A stretch of 64,000 nt of DNA, taken from Camelus dromedarius (Eukaryota). Where the stretch lies: the NCBI RefSeq assembly GCF_036321535.1, contig NC_087437.1:78494001-78558000 (forward strand), read 5' to 3'. The position numbers were made by a program, and so were the translations under genes. The notes under the pieces are model-generated. The model was not told where the DNA came from and made no database searches. It saw only the letters and a list, made by a program, of their open reading frames with translations. Shown in pieces: positions 13,896 to 26,684 of this stretch. Each line of letters begins with the position of its first letter. Within the stretch, counting starts at the first letter, position 1.

Positions 13896-15044
13896 ACATG
13901 TTGACTGCTAAATTAATTGATTCACCAATTACACTACCTCAAACTTCTGATTTGCTTTGGCTCTGCAAACTTAAGATATCTAATAAGTAAAAACAAACAA
14001 GAGAAAGAACTCCATATTTTTAAATAATAAGGTTAAAAAATAAAACCCTGATATAAAAATCTCAATTCGATATAAACTCAAAGCTGAAATTCTTTTGTTG
14101 TCTTGTTGTCACAAATCTTCACTCCTATCCCATCCCCACACCCCAATACACACATCCCCTTCCATTTACTTATTTCTCTAATTAGAGAAGGAACTAATCA
14201 TGTCAAAATGGCTTCTGGCTGATTCATTTTATCTCTCTTGTTTTATCTTGTTTTCTCTCTCTTATCTCTCTTGTTTTAGCTCCTATGGTATATGATCATG
14301 GGTTCAATACGTAAGCTTTCTTCTGACTCTTTTTATTATGGTAGATTTTTTTCTTCTTGTTTAATAGAATAAGGAATGTGCTGGATTCTAATCAATTTTC
14401 CTTGTGTTTATTTATGTTGTCTTCTCTGAGTTTAGGCTACTAGTTTATTTTAAAAATACACTGAGATTAATTACAAAGCATTTAACATCCTGTGAAATTT
14501 AACATGAATGCTTTGGGGACAAAAGAGGAATTCATTCTTAAACATCATTGTCTTATAGGGTACATTTCCATGTTTGCTGGAACTCTAAAGTTGCTGATTC
14601 CTGTGCAAACTTTATAGAATATACTTTCTATCAGAAGCTGGCAACCTTCACAGTCCAACTGCTCAATCATTTTCTCCAGTTTTGCTTTTTAAAATTTTTG
14701 TTTGTTTGTTTTTTTAATATACAATACAATTATTCTGATTGCTAAGTGAATATGTTTTTCTAAATGCTTAATGATTTCTATTCAAATTTAACTAAGATAA
14801 AAAGCTTGCTGGTGTACATTTTTGGTTGGACTTGTTTTTGAAGCCAAAGTAAATGAGTAAATTGTCCTTAAAGAGCCAATTTAAGGGACTAAATGAGATA
14901 CCAGGTGAGAAAACTATGACACCTCTCTGAGTCTTTCTGTGATTTACCTTTTCTCTTCACCTTTGTTACAACAGGAAGATTTATCATATAGATTGTGACA
15001 AATAAGAAGGATGGATGAGTAATATTTTCATTATATAGAGAAAA

Positions 15045-15205
15045 TAAGAACTGGCAAAAACCTTAAAGATAAGTTAGACCTTCATTTTACACATGAAATC
15101 TCAAATGACTAGATCAAGTACACATAGATACTACACACTAAGAACTGGTACGGAAACCAAGGTCATGTAGATTCACACAGGTCACTCTTTCTCCTGGTAT
15201 ACTAC
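15045..15205 (-). mobile_element. MIR3-like fragment
   Basis: AGAACTGGCAAAAACCTTAAAGATAAG...CTTCATTTTACACATGAAA. Confidence 0.5.
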
Positions 15206-15891
15206 ATGTGATATACATCTTTTGTTGAAGTAACATAGATAATCAAGAAAGGTAGAAGACAAAGCATTATCAATAATAGTTCGTCTCTCTAACTTGACAA
15301 GTATCACTGTTTGTAAATATGAAACATGTACCTTCCAAAGACCATAGCATACAAATGGAAGGTACTATTTTTATTTAGGTAGACTGCTTTTTTAAGGAAA
15401 GAGATGTCAGCTTGAAATAATTTCTTATTTTCCATACACATAGAAAATTGGAGGTGAGAGTTATAGGATTTAGCAGATTAACAAAATTCTTATTACTTGC
15501 TTGGGTGGAGTAGATAATCTATCAAAGCAGTAGAAAGAAAACTTATAGGAGGGAAGAAAATGTAAAGAATGAGAAGATACAATATTCACACGAACCATGT
15601 GTCTGTATCTGAGTATTTAAGTTGTAAAATTATTATTATTTTTCTTGATAACAAAATTGGCAGTACAAAGAGAATTATTTCATATCCTTAACTATTTGGA
15701 ATCTATTGTAGATGAAAGACAGATTTTTTGAATAACAATTTTTTAAAAAAATTCCAAGAAGTTCACTCAAACAAAGGTCTACTGATTTACTCTTGTGAAG
15801 CTACATGTTACCAATTCTTGTTCTTAGGGCAAATTAAAAAAGAAAGTCCTGGAATTCTAAAAATGGTGACCCACTTTGAAATCCTATACAA

Positions 15892-16060
15892 AGAATCAGA
15901 GTGATGTAGAACTGGAGAGGCCTTAGAGATCATTTATTCCCACCCCTTCATTTTCCAGACTAGAAATGTGAGGTTCAGAAAGGTTAAATGATTCGGCCAA
16001 GGTCATAGGACTAATACCAAAAGGAGAGAGAGTCTAGGATCTAAGATCTTGTTTCCTGCC
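15892..16060 (-). mobile_element. MIR3/MIRc SINE
   Basis: AGAACTGGAGAGGCCTTAGAGATCAT...TTCATTTTCCAGA...TGAGGTTCAGAAAGGTTAAATGATTCGGCCAAGGTCATAG. Confidence 0.8.
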
Positions 16061-17654
16061 TGTTCTAAGTAAGTCTGTTTTGGAAAAATTATAGTTCTCT
16101 AAGGTAAGAAAAAACAGTGGTAGAAATGAAGAGTATGACTTAACGTTGTAAGTTTGATCTAATTTACTAAACAATAGGAACAATAGCAAATGATTTTTAG
16201 AGCTAGAGTTGGGGAACAATGTTTAAAAGCATTACCACAACTTCTAAATGACAGATTATGTTATTGCAAGAAGTCAATGTGGTTATTTATTCTAGCAAAA
16301 ACAAACGTACTAAATCATAAATAGCATGCATTGCTTAATTAACAACTAGCCTGTCAAAGCAAGAGAGTTGGGAAGTTGTTGGCTTTCACATTTAAGGGGA
16401 TAAAACACAATGTAAGCATTGAGTATCCATGGTTTACATATAGCTTGTTTCCATAGGAGTTGTTTATTTTATTCCAATGATCTTATGGGACATTTGTGAT
16501 GTAGGTATTTAGTTGGATTTTTAATTGGCATACCACCAATTTAGAAATAACTTTTCTAACTCTTACTTTTTTTTTTGTATCTTCTATTCATCTTGTTTCC
16601 TATTGATATAATGGTATCTGTCATCTTCCTAAAAGGGATATTGATAGGGATTTAGGAGAGGATGTTTTCCAAATTAACTTGGAGAAAGTACCACATATGC
16701 ACAAATTATTGTTGTTAATTCACAAATTTAAAAAATACCCATACTACTCCTAATTTACTATTTCTACAAGGTTGATACTATATGTACCTTCAGTTACACA
16801 TGAAAAACAGAATACTATGTATAGAGCCCATAAAATAATCAATATTAGAACTTTCCACAATTATTTACTAGTATGGAGTGTTTTAACTGGTTATTCTGTG
16901 TAATTTTAACTGATTCCCCAAACTGTTTCCATTAAAATTCTGTTTAACCCTAAAACCTAAAGCTGAGGTAAAAATGCATCTAATATTAGTAGTTTTTAAA
17001 TTGTGAATTCCATTTGAGAAATTATTGCAAGACATTAGAAATATTTTACATTATAAAAGTACATAGAAATCCTCATTTTGAAGGATACTCAAGTGTTTGA
17101 AACAGTTAAGAATTCAGAAGAAAGAAAAAAGGAAATTTTTTAAAATCCAGGGACAAGAATTCGTATACTTCATTTACAGTAAACCACATAAATATTTAAT
17201 CAGAAATTCCATCTTTTCATAAAACATAACATTCCAATGAGCTTGACAGGCCATTTGGTTGCTTACAGTATAGTAAGCTAGGTAGAATTTAGATAGAAAA
17301 GCAAGAGTTTGATAGAGGTAGTCACAGTGGAACAAGAGAAAAAAGTAGCATGCAAAACCTGGCAGGAAATTTAAAAATCAACAAATAAAATTATTAAATT
17401 AAAAAAAAAAAGAGAGTTCAGAGCAAAAATATTTTGAGGTTACTTAATATGGGAACAAATGGCTTCCACATAACTTTTGAACAAAGTATAGCGTAGCATT
17501 TAGACAAATAATAGATCTTTTTCCTGCGTATTTAAATACGCTTTTGTCAACTTGATAATAAAACTCTGATCTGACCAAGTACATTAGTGCTTCATTTTAG
17601 AGTTTGTGCCAATCCATATAAGTCAATTATTCAAATCCCTAAAATGGGTCATCA

Positions 17655-17865
17655 TAGTAGAAGCAGCATCATGAGAGTCAGGTCTGGGTTTGAAATCTAA
17701 TTCTGTCACTTTAATAGCTGTACCAACACTGACATGTTTCTTAAATTCTATGAGCCTATACTTCTCATTCATAAAATGAAGATTAAAAATGACATACAGG
17801 ATGGGCTTGTTTCAGTGATGACATTTTTATATAAGGCATTTAGCATTCTGCTAACTATATACTAA
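17655..17865 (+). mobile_element. MIR SINE
   Basis: GAGTCAGGTCTGGGTTTGAAATCTAATTCTGTCACTT...TGAGCCTATACTTCTCATTCATAAAATGAAGAT. Confidence 0.75.
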
Positions 17866-19379
17866 AACTTAATCTTTTCCTAATTAGCTTTCAAAATTCT
17901 ATTTCAATCATTTTAATTTTTTTTTCAAACTCATGACAAATTTCTATATTTTTTCTAAACTGTTACACTGCTTATATGTATTCCCTGTCATTGTTATAGA
18001 CATTAGCTATGCTTCAATATAGTTTTAATATAATAGTATCAAGAGAAACCCCTGAAGTACATAGCACTATTTTATATCACACTTAATTACCCAAGGTTAA
18101 CAAGAATATTGTCAATTTGTTTATGTATTTATGTGTGTATGCATTTTTAAAAAGTCTTTTAATCTCTTCCCTGTTAGTCATCACCATATTGCTAATAGTG
18201 GACATATCTTCAATAATTTCTTTATTTTTCTTTTGTGTTTTTTTCTAATTTGCTTGGAGTTTAGAAAACTAAATTTGATAGTGAAAGTCCAAAGTTTGTC
18301 TCTGTGTGCGTTTGTGTATGTGTGCGTGTGTTGGGGATGGGGCAGGAAATGTGTCAGTTCATGAGCATTTGTTATTGTTCTTTTTTGTTTGCTTGAACAT
18401 GTAATACATATTTTGGCTTCTCTGATACTTTGTGTCTGGGTTCCTGTGCTCTGTTCCCATTACAATAATTTGATTACTTCTTTGTAGGTGAGAGTTTAGT
18501 ATAAATATAATTTAAAGAGGGATACAGTGCTAGCCATTGGTTGAGTCTATGTAAAGTCTAACTGGACTTATCAATTCAATTAGAAAAATAAATTGAGCCA
18601 ATTTATTTTATTTAATTGAAGGTTTTCATTAAAAATTTCTGAGTTGGCAAATTCATATACTTTTCAGAATGTTTTCTCCATCTACTCACAAATTTTAGTC
18701 TGTTCCAGGGGAAAAACAGTTCTAGAATGTAACAAAAGATTTCCCTTCTAACAAAAAATTGCATTTTGCCTTAGTTCTCTGACCAAGAACAAACTGCATT
18801 TCTTTTAGAGATGTCCTTCACACCACTTTCATTCTCTTAATGTCTTTATAAATTGCATTGCCACTGACTGGCAGCCTCCAATATGGCAGCCATGCTTTGA
18901 GTCCACAAACTAAGCCTATCTTTTTAACAGAAGCTTGGTCATTGATATTGTTGGAAATATACTCTAAAATTCAAAATATATATGATGTTGTGACAGGTAT
19001 TAAATATACTTGGACTTTATTTTTAAAAATAAATAAAATGGAACCTCCATACATTTCTAACTTCATTTTAGGATTGAAAAAATAGCTTTTATTTTACAAC
19101 TTTCTGCCATGACTTTTATAGTATTACATCGTAATAAACCTTATTTGTTGATAGATAAGAAGCTTCCTTCTCCTTCTGTTGGTTTGATGAAATAAAATTA
19201 TAAGAAATAATAACCAAATTATGTATTCTGTTGATTTTAGGTTTAGAAAGTTAGAATGTGTTCTGAATTAGATTTGAAACAGAGTTGGTTTTAATTCATA
19301 ATTCAGAAATATCTGCTTTAGGCAAATTAAAAACAAATCAAATGCAAAGGGACTCTTCTGACTAAAGAAAAGCACTTAC

Positions 19380-19408
19380 CTCCAAAGTGATGAGATGTGG
19401 TGTCCACT
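19380..19408 (-). other. candidate 29-nt internal exon (gene unidentified)
   Basis: Minus strand TTATTTTTATGTCTTCAG|AGTGGACACCACATCTCATCACTTTGGAG|GTAAGT, near-consensus acceptor and donor. Confidence 0.55.
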
Positions 19409-21594
19409 CTGAAGACATAAAATAAGTCCTCAGCCTACTTTTAACATAATGGCTATAAAACTTAGATCATTCTGTAAATATCTAAATTCATTGGGGTTGA
19501 GGGAAGCGCTTGAAGTAAATTTACATCTTATAGTTGAAGCACAAATACATTTACTGGCAACACTTAATTATTATGGACTATGAAACTTTGTTCATGTCTA
19601 AAGTAACTTATTAAACATAATTAATGGGTTTATTCCCTTCTTCCCAAAAATTTCAACTTGGAGTAAGTGAAATTAAGTTATAAAATTGCACTTAGGAAAT
19701 CAATGAATGCGTTGGAAAGCAACCTCAAAAAGGTGACTTCAACCTTCTCTTTACAGAGCTAGGTACAATAAAATAAATAGTAAGAACATAATGCATATAA
19801 ACATTCAGCTTCCACCTTCATGTTGAGAAAGACCACTTTTTAAAATGCATTTTCTCATTTTTTACCTAAATGCTAATGCACTGGCTGCTTTGCTATATTT
19901 TTTATATTACTGTAGAAGTATTTTCTAGCAATAAGATATCTTAAGCAACCCCTTTTTTAATTTTCCAACTTCTGCTGTTTCTTTTCAAAATATATTTTAC
20001 ACTCTGTTTTTGCACTTCTCTTTCATTTTCAATCCATAACAGCTTTCTCAGGAATTACATAACTTCCATTAAGGAAGAAAAATATGTGTTTGTTTTCTTG
20101 TAAAATAGAATCAATATGCAATGAATCAAATCAAGAAAAAAATGTATTTAAATATTAAAATTACTTTTCTCAAATTCTTATTCTTGTTTTCCCTCAAAAT
20201 AAAAAATACACCATTTTTCTGTTTGAATGAGATACCTATTGAATTATATCATAGTTAAATATACTAGGAATGAGCAGTGGTGTGTGCAATCTACTCTTAA
20301 TGATCATACACTCTTGTTGAATACATTTTAGAGACTTGATGACATTGTATTACATCATTTTATTTCTTTCATGGACAAAGTTACCATGGTCTTTAAGTTT
20401 ATGAGACCACTGAAGAAAGCTGTGAATACTTCTCTTTAAAATAATGCCCACAGAAATTTCATGGTCTCCCTCAAATCCACTTCACTTGGCTTAGGTAAAA
20501 ACTGTATCCTTGAGGGTGCAAGAATGGCTTAAATAAATGGAAGATGACAATATGTTTTGTTACAGAATGATGTGTAAGTTGTTCACTTGAGAAATACCAC
20601 CACCAACAAGAACATGGATTATAATAAAAAATTCAGCATAATTGTAAATGCTCTACATAAAAAGGCATATTCGCTCTACTAAGTAAATGTTTGTTCTGAT
20701 ACCTATATGGATTAGGCCTTTCAAGAATCTCAAATGGCTCCACAATGTTGAAGACTGGGTAGGTACACTGGAACACTTAGAGCAGATATTGTCACAAGAT
20801 TATCTGGTGGATTGGTCAACTCTTACACAGCATCCTATGATTCAGGCAAATGTCCCAAATACTTTTCTTTTTGAAAAATTTAAATATGTATTATATAGAC
20901 CTGATAAGTTAATAGAAAACTTTCCACTTACACTCCTGCATAGTTGTTGAATTTGTCTTTTCTGTTTTCTTACTTCAGTACAGATGACACCTAACAGTAA
21001 TACTAACAAAACAGCAAGCAATTAAAAGAAAAGTGTATTCATTCTGTGCAAGTGTAAATGACAAACTTTGAAAATTTACCAAGTCGTTGATTATTCTGAC
21101 TGTGTAAATCAGAAGTCCAAAACGATGAGAGAAGTCCAAAAAAACTGAGATTTCCTCCTCAAATTCCCAATTAAGTCTGTATGATGCAAACTAAAAGCAT
21201 TCTTTCAACATATTCTAGTTAACTGATTTAATAACAAAATTTTTGCTGACTTGAAAAAATAATTTTCTTAGATAATTCAGTCACAGAATAAAACTGTGGG
21301 GTGAAAAGACTTGGTGAAAACACTGTACCTTAATTACAGAATCTTCACTGAGCATTTCCAGGACCAGTGTCCTCTGCCTTTTATAGGCCAAAATTGACTT
21401 GAGTGCTCAGATGCACCTATACATTTTTCAGTTTATTGGGTATTGCTTGAGCATCTGATAAAGCCACTACACAGCTGAGAAACATGTTGCTCTATTACAT
21501 CCCCTGTAGTAAAATAATTTTTTATCTTTAAGTATTTGAAAGTACATTAAATACTCTCTATGAAAAGTTTTGGTCTTCAGCTTATTCAATCTCT

Positions 21595-22835
21595 AAATAG
21601 CCTTTGACCCAGTTTGTCAGTCACTTTCTCTTTTTGAAATATGTTTCCTGTTTTTGTTTTTTGTTTTTTTCTTCACTTAGCTGCCAAGACTCCAAATTCT
21701 TCTAACATTCTGTCTACATCCTTGATCTCTCTTTCTTTGTCTTTTCTGGCTCCTCCCATTCTTCTCATCTTTCAAATTTAGTATTCCTGAGGATTTTATC
21801 CTTAACCTTCATTCTTCATCTTTACTCATCTCCTAGGCGATCACTTTACCTCTCATGGCTATAAGTACCTTATCTATACCAGCAACCTGTCAGGTTTCTA
21901 TCTTTGGCTCCAAACCATTTCCCGGGCCTCCAGACTCTATTTCCAACTGCTGATTCATCAATACTTAAATGTCTCACAGGCTTCTCAAACTTTAATATGA
22001 CCAAAACCAAACTCTTAATTTTTCTCTCTAAATTTATCTTCTTTCTTTGATCCCTGCTTCATGAAATGGCATCACAGTCACCTACTTGCTCAGGCCAAAT
22101 ATATTAATATCAGCCTTGACTTCTACCTTTTCTCACATGCAAGAGACTTGTTCATTTCATTAAGTATAGCTCTAACTTAAAGTATATCCCAAGTCCAACC
22201 ACTGTTACTAACTTATTCTAAACATCTTTTTTCTTTCCAATATATTGTCTATTAGTGTCCAGAAAAGTCCTTTTAAAACAGAAGTCAGATTGTGGAACTC
22301 GTCCACTTGTAAACTTCCAATGGTCTTCTGTGATAATGAACAGAAAATCCAAAGTCCCCTGCCACAGCCTGCATGGCCCTACATGAAATGGTCCTTGAAA
22401 TTATGTCTCTAATTTTATTCTACTACTTTCCTTCCCACCTCCTCAAGCAACCACTATCTTTTGCTATTTCTTAAACGCAAGACCAGAATATTTCTGGCTT
22501 AAGGCCCTGGTATTTGCTGGTCCTTTGCCTGGAAGTTTTCTCTCCAAACACTGAATGACTTGCTTTTTTACTTTATTTAATCTGCGCTCAGGTATTAACC
22601 CCACCCAGAGTCCCTCCTTGACCACCGTATATAAAATAGCACTCTCATTTTCTCTCTAAATTGTTTTATCTACATCTTTACTAACACTGTTAGAGTGCAT
22701 GTTGTTTGCTGATTTCCATCTTCCTAAACATGAATGCATCAAGACCTTAATCTACATTATTTAATAATACTGCCCAAACATGTGCCTGGTGCATAGCAGG
22801 TACTTAATACATATTAGTTGAATGAATGAGTGAAT
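21595..22835 (+). mobile_element. L2 (L2a-like) LINE, 3' ~1.2 kb
   Basis: GCCTTTGACCCAGTT...CCAGACTCTATTTCCAACTGC...ATGACCAAAACCAAACTC...ending GTGCCTGGTGCATAGCAGGTACTTAATACATATTAGTTGAATGAATGAGTGAAT (L2 tail). Confidence 0.85.
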
Positions 22836-23242
22836 CCTAAGCACAAACACATTTCCAATTAGAGGCTTACTCAAAAGTACATTGCTCTAAACACATAGAC
22901 AACTAAAATCACATGCAGCAAACCGCATGCAATTTAACAATAATAGCATTTCTCTATAGTTTTAACAGAAGCCCCAAATGTTTGAGCAATTTTATGTGAA
23001 GAAGCAAGCAACATTGGTTTTTCATTTTTCTCAGCCATTGTAATTATTATAGTTCATAAATGTTGAAACATCCAGCTTTCCTTGTTCTTAAAGTTAAAAT
23101 AATGATTAAGTGAGGACTAACCAACCTGAATTTTCTTCCTAATCTTTAATTTTTTTTTCACAAAGGTCTAAGTGTAGATAATTTTATGATACATTTTTAC
23201 AACTACCATTCATAAGGTATTTATTTTTAATGTTCCTTTGTC

Positions 23243-23649
23243 TGTATGTTAGCTTGCTAGGACTGCCAAAACAAAATACCACAGGCTAGGTGGCTTGAAC
23301 AAAAATTTATTTTCTCACAGCTCTGACAACTGGAAGACCAAGACAAAGTATCAGCAGACTTGGTAGCTTTTGAGGCCTCTCTCCTTGGCTCGCAGACCTA
23401 GCCACCTTTTCACTGTGTCTTCACATGGTCTTTCCTCTGTGTGTGCAGATGCCTGGTGTCTCTGTGTATTCAATTTTTTTTCTTCTTATAAAGATAGCAG
23501 TCATACTGAATAAAGCCTAACCCTAAAGGCCTCATTTTAACTGAATCACCTCTTTAAAGGCTCTTGCTACAAATATAGTGACATTCTGAGGTACCAAAGT
23601 TTATGGTTTCAACATACAAATTTGGAAGGACACATGTTAGCCCATAACA
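23243..23649 (-). mobile_element. MaLR solo LTR (MLT1B-like)
   Basis: TGTATGTTAGCTTGCTAGGACTGCC...AATTTATTTTCTCACAGCTCTG...CACATTCTGAGGTAC...GCCCATAACA. Confidence 0.85.
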
Positions 23650-23966
23650 CTCTATAATCCAAATTTTATAAACATTGCATCTGCTTTTTTCTTGTCACAT
23701 CATAGTTTGTTCTGTGCATTCCAGAATGCAAATATCCTTGTCAGAGATAACTCCCTAGGATAATTTCATTCAGCGTGATAAATATTTTCAGAGATCATAT
23801 AATCAGTAAGTATGTTAGACTGCAGGGGACAAATGAAATGGTAGTTGGTCTCAGGGGATTATGGGAAGGAGAGCAGACATGGCCAACTTGGAGTTCTGAA
23901 ATTACCTTTTCCTGAATTCATCTCCCAAATCATCCTGCCTCATAAAGTTTATTGCTGGTTAGTATC

Positions 23967-24575
23967 TGTGATAGACAGAATTTTGGACCCCTGACCTTTG
24001 CCGTGGTGCCACCCCTGTGAATATATTATGATATATGGCGAAAATGACTTTGCAAATGTAATTAAGGTTAATAATCAATTGACTTTAAGATGGGAAGATT
24101 AGCCTGGATTATCCAGGTAGGCCAAATGTAATTACTTGGATTTTTAAAAGCAAAGCATTCTGTCTCAGCTGAGGACAGAAGAGGAAGTAAGAGATTTGAG
24201 CATGAGAAGTACTCTGTGAATGTCACAGGCTTAAAGGAGGAGGGTGTGTGAGAGGGAATGTGGGCAGCCTGGAAGAGCTGAGGATGACTCCTGGCCACCA
24301 ACCAGCAAGGAAAAAGGACCTTAGTACTACAGCACAAAGAACTGGATTCTATCCAACTTCATTGATCCTGGAAGTTGATTCCTACCAGATCCTGCAGATA
24401 AGAGCCTAGCCAGATAGTACTTTGATTTTTGCCTTGTGAAAACCTGAGCAGAGAACCCAGCTGAGTTATTCCATACATCTGACTGATGTAACTGTGAGCT
24501 CATAAATTTATGTTGCTTAACATTAATTTGTTAAGTCTGTGGCCCTGTGTTACAGCAACAATAGAAAACTACTGT
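23967..24575 (+). mobile_element. MaLR solo LTR (MLT1D/E-like)
   Basis: TGTGATAGACAGAATT...GACTTTGCAAATGTAATTAAGGTT...GATTATCCAGGTAGGCC...CAGCAAGGAAA...TGTTACAGCAACAATAGAAAACTA. Confidence 0.85.
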
Positions 24576-24754
24576 GATAACTGGATACTCAACAAAATTT
24601 AAGTAAACTCAGATAACCCCTGGTTGTGGAGTTTCTAGTTTTCTGTGGGGTCAAGGAGAGAAACAGTTATCTTTTTCTATAGATGAAACTTCATCCTGTT
24701 AGGCAGAAGTTTGTGAAATCTGTTTCTAACTTTTTTGATTTATTTGTCCATGCA

Positions 24755-25760
24755 TTCTTTAACTCATTAATTTAATTATTTATTCAACAAATGTGCACAG
24801 ATGCCTAGAACATGCAAAAGACTACATTAAATGCTGGCAATATGGCAGAGATTCAAAAATTGCATAGTTCCTGTCCACGTATACTGACATTCTACTGGGA
24901 AATGTAGAAATTAAATGAATAATTTTACATAATGTGGTGCAGAGTTATAAAATGGCCCACAATGACTTATGCCTTCTTGAGTCCATGCCCTGTGCATTGT
25001 GATATTTCTGCTCCTGCCAACAAAAGGTGAATTCTGTCCCTCCACCCCTTTAAATCTAGGCTGGCTTTGTAACATACTTTGTTGGCTAACAGAATGAAAC
25101 AGAAGTTTAGTGTGTGAATTCTGGATCCTCAGTCTTGAGATGCCTTACAGTTTCTGTTCTTGCTTTCTTAGAATGCTGTCCTAAGACTCTCATGATCTAA
25201 GAAAACCAGGAGATATAAGAAAACCATACTGGAGAATGAGAGGCCATCAGTCAGCACCAACTTCCAGACAAGTGAATAAAGTCAGTTTGTCTAGTTGAGT
25301 GAGCCTGGGGTAGATCAGCAGATAAAACAGCTGACCAACCTATAAAATGTGAGCAATAATATATTTTTTTGTTCCTGTTTATTTTGAAGCCATTGAATCT
25401 GGGAGAGATTGCTACAAAGGAGTAGGTAAGTGATATACATAATCTATTAAATAATTAAAATTGGGTTATTTGTTACAAAGGAGAATTATTAAGAAAGTTT
25501 TGTTCAAGATGAACTAAGAGATGGAAGTTGAGTTCTAAAGGATGAGTAAGAATTTGCAAGGTGAAGCATGTGTATGTTGGTGAGGGGGTAGGTTGAAAGG
25601 GTAGCAAATCATTCAAAGAAGAACAAATAATATAATCTGGAGTAGAAGTCACAAATGTGAGAAACTAAAAGAAGTGAAAAGAGGTGTACATTACTGGACA
25701 CCAGGAACCGCGGAAGACAGCAGTAAGAAATAAGGACAGTGACATTATGGTGGAAGTTTT
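24755..25760 (-). mobile_element. L2 3' fragment interrupted by an MLT1 LTR
   Basis: TTATTCAACAAATGTGC... tail at ~24780; L2-like GAGTTCTAAAGGATGAGTAAGAATTTGCAAGGTGAAG resumes after 25442. Confidence 0.65.
24933..25437 (+). mobile_element. MaLR solo LTR (MLT1F/G/H-like) with 5-bp TSD
   Basis: TGTGGTGCAG...AATGGCCCAC...CCCCTTTAAATCTAGGCTGG...TTTTGAAGCCATTGAATCTGGG; CATAA at 24928-24932 and 25438-25442. Confidence 0.85.
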
Positions 25761-26137
25761 ATTAGGTATTACGAGACATGTAAGTTAAAAGGCATGGTCA
25801 TTCCCCTAAAAAAGCATGCTATAGCAGCACTGATAGATATGTTTAGACATACTATAATACAAACCAGGGTGAAATAGGTAATTTACCATAACACCAAAGG
25901 ACTTTAAGAATAGAAGATAGAAGTAATTTATCAAACTGCTTATGAGATTATCCTGACTGTAGCATTTAACCAAGCACCCCAGGGACTGTCCACTGGGCCA
26001 ACTACCCCTAAAGTATTTATAGTCCCCAGTTTGGCATAAAGAAGCAAATATTTCCCTTTCTAGAAGTTTTTTCCCCCTCTAACCAAAACATTTTTAAGAA
26101 GCCTGGAACAACATAGGGGTATAGAAGTATTTTTGAA

Positions 26138-26310
26138 GTCACGGAGTTCTAAGAATCTCAGTGATTACTTAGTTCAATTCTTTCATTTTGTAGATGAAGA
26201 AGCATCTTTCAGAAGGTAGACTGATCGATCTGCACCGAGTTTTCAAGCTAGATAATGATGGCAGCAGAGAATCCAGGTCAGCTGAATTTTGTTTCTACAT
26301 TTTTACTAAG
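26138..26310 (-). mobile_element. MIR3-like fragment
   Basis: GTGATTACTTAGTTCAATTCTTTCATTTTGTAGATGAAGAAGC. Confidence 0.55.
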
Positions 26311-26555
26311 ATTTGCTTCTGTTGGCTATTCACCTGCCTCAGACTTGAGGGGCACTTGGTCAGGTAGTTCTCACTACTCTTTAAAGTAGACTTGCCTCAT
26401 TAGGTTTGCATCTAAGGATGTCATTAATGTAAAAATCACTTTTATGCCCATTTTTGGTCGCTCAGTTAACGGTTACTGGGACAGTTAACAATGAACTTTA
26501 TCCTGTATATTGATGTTCCCATTTCCTTTAAGCCCTCCTTACCTGGCTGACTTAC

Positions 26556-26684
26556 GTGGAATTTGGAAATCTCATCACTTCCAGGTGGTATGACTTCAGT
26601 TGCCAAATGCTCCTTTAGGCAATGTTCTATGTAATGAGACACCTTCCCAAAGTGCTTGAAATGTCTTTAAAAATTTATAATTCA
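26556..26684 (-). other. candidate non-coding exon (129 nt; 142 nt if the alternative donor at 26543 is used)
   Basis: Minus strand acceptor TATCTTTTTTGTTTCTTCCAG; tandem donors CAC|GTAAGT and CAG|GTAAGG; stops in all three frames. Confidence 0.45.

Noticed and set aside
14230..14316. Plus-strand 31-nt exon (TTTTAG|CTCC...ATAC|GTAAGC)
   Set aside because: The acceptor arises from a TCTCTCTTGTTTTA low-complexity duplication; no recognisable product or partner exons
20365..20510. Possible hAT-Charlie MITE relic
   Set aside because: Only a short motif (CTGAAGAAAGCTGTGAATACTTCTC) is suggestive; TIRs and TSD not identifiable
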